A stretch of DNA of 64,000 nucleotides from Narcine bancroftii (taxonomy: Eukaryota), in the NCBI RefSeq assembly GCF_036971445.1, contig NC_091474.1, positions 133,796,001-133,860,000 of the forward strand, read 5' to 3'. The first letter of the stretch is position 1; every line of letters starts with the position of its first letter. The position numbers and the translations under genes are program-made. The notes under the pieces are model-generated. The model saw only the letters and a program-made list of their open reading frames with translations. It made no database searches and was not told the DNA's origin. This document shows, piece after piece, positions 62,421 through 64,000 of the stretch.

Positions 62421-62689
62421 TGTTCATTTCAGTGAAATGAAGTGAAATTCCGGGGTTGTTGTCCATTAATGTAAATAATATCATCTGACTCTCCAGAAAA
62501 GAGAGGTAGAATTAAATAGAAATTAGTGAAAAGTGTAAGTTACTTATCCATGTTTTAGATGCAACACAGTCAAAAACACAACTAAGGAGATCATAACCAA
62601 TGGTAAACATTGGAAACAGTGAAATATGGCCCACATCACATCAGTGGGAACCAAGAGAACTTAAATTAAAAGGGGATGAAACACATCAT

Positions 62690-62810
62690 AATGGTAGTAA
62701 AAACACAACAATTCATGAAGGGCTCAGGCCCAAAAACTCAGTTGTATATCTTTAACTCCTATGGACGCTGCGAGACCTGCTGAGTTCCTCTAACATTTTT
62801 GTGTTTTTAC
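62690..62810 (+). mobile_element. Penelope-derived terminal module
   Basis: ATGAAGGGCTCAGGCCC...GGACGCTGCGAGACCTGCTGAGTTCCTC. Confidence 0.7.
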
Positions 62811-64000
62811 ATGAATTAAAAGGGTCTGATATGCAATTGACAGAAAACCAAGAAGAAGATTTGTGCTTGGAACTTTAATTTAGTACCAATTGTATCTTGG
62901 ATGAATTCAGTGATTATTGCATATTTGAATACATAAGAGTTTCTCCAGATAGCCATGAACTTCAATAAACTCAGAACACTCACCAAGCTCTTGTATAAAT
63001 GAAATATTGTGAATTATATTTAAATTGATTTTTAATCAAAAATAATGAGTCCTTAAGTCTATATTTAATTTTAATGTCAAGAGCACACTCTCAAAAAAAT
63101 TGTTGCAAATATTTTATTTTTATCGTATCTCAGTAAACTGTACAAAATGTGGACAAATTCCTCTTTCTCTGAGGCATTCACTCAGGATCAATGAAGGCTC
63201 ACTTTCGAAATTTGTATATCTAGATTCTTTTATTGTCAAGTACACAAAATATACAAAGAGGTGGTACTCGTTCCACTTCTCTGTGTTCTGAGTGAGTACT
63301 GAGGGCTGTGGGAGGTGTCCACAGATTCTGCCATGAGTGGGGCAAGACAGGCACCCAGTGCGCAGTTTGTGAGGTGAAAAATCACTTTATTTATGCTGGG
63401 CTTCTGTGTGCTCCGGATGTCAGGACTTAAAGTCCTTCTACTCCTCGAGTGTTCATGGGTCGGGGAGTCCTCAGAATAATCTAAATGTTGCGCACAAAAT
63501 GATTTTGAAAAAAAAAGTTAAAACTTTTCCTCCATCTAGCTGGTACTTTCTTCCCCTGACAGAGCCCAGAATAGAGAGTATGCTTCAGCATCCGGTGCCT
63601 AACATAGATGTGGCATGACTTAGATGAATCATCTGCAAGAACTTGCAAACACATTGTGCCTTCAAACAATAAAATGCCATCAGGCCCCTGCAAATATTCA
63701 CACTGTGGTGAAATAGAAAAAAATCAGATGAAACCAAAAAGACAAAATTTACTCAAAGATAAAGCTGCTGTTATCTAATGGTCATTGATCTCCATCAATT
63801 AGCCCAGGATGACATGAGACGTCTCTGGCAGTTGAGGATGACGCACCTCATTTCCAGGGCAGAGTGACCAATAAAGGACAAGGAGTAAAGGGCATGCTAA
63901 AGTTGATTTCAAAAAGGCAGAGATGGAGGAGAGGAGCAGTTTGTTGCAACAGCAGAAGCTCTAGCCAGGATGAGAAATTACAAAAAAGTTTGGAAAATGA

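Overview
This is eukaryotic, AT-rich, repeat-saturated DNA. The repeat set (V-SINE/HE1-type tRNA SINEs, Deu-domain SINE relics, CR1 LINEs with esterase ORF1, Rex-Babar LINEs, fish-type L1, Penelope-like elements) points to a cartilaginous fish, probably a ray; this is an inference. I could not support any host protein-coding exon, RNA gene or CRISPR array, so the window looks intronic or intergenic. The only long intact reading frame is a young, 5'-truncated RTE LINE (7466-9695, 11-bp TSD). The main structural points are: (i) an L1 with a textbook twin-priming 5' inversion and a perfect 16-bp TSD (50746-52570); (ii) about ten dispersed Penelope-derived repeats carrying decayed minimal hammerhead-ribozyme cores; (iii) two multi-level nested transposon stacks (about 2.9-11.3 kb and 15.0-18.8 kb); (iv) a composite hAT MITE family that inserted into itself; (v) two solo LTRs with perfect 4-bp TSDs. 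Boundaries of old repeats are approximate, and family names come from motif recognition, not database searches.
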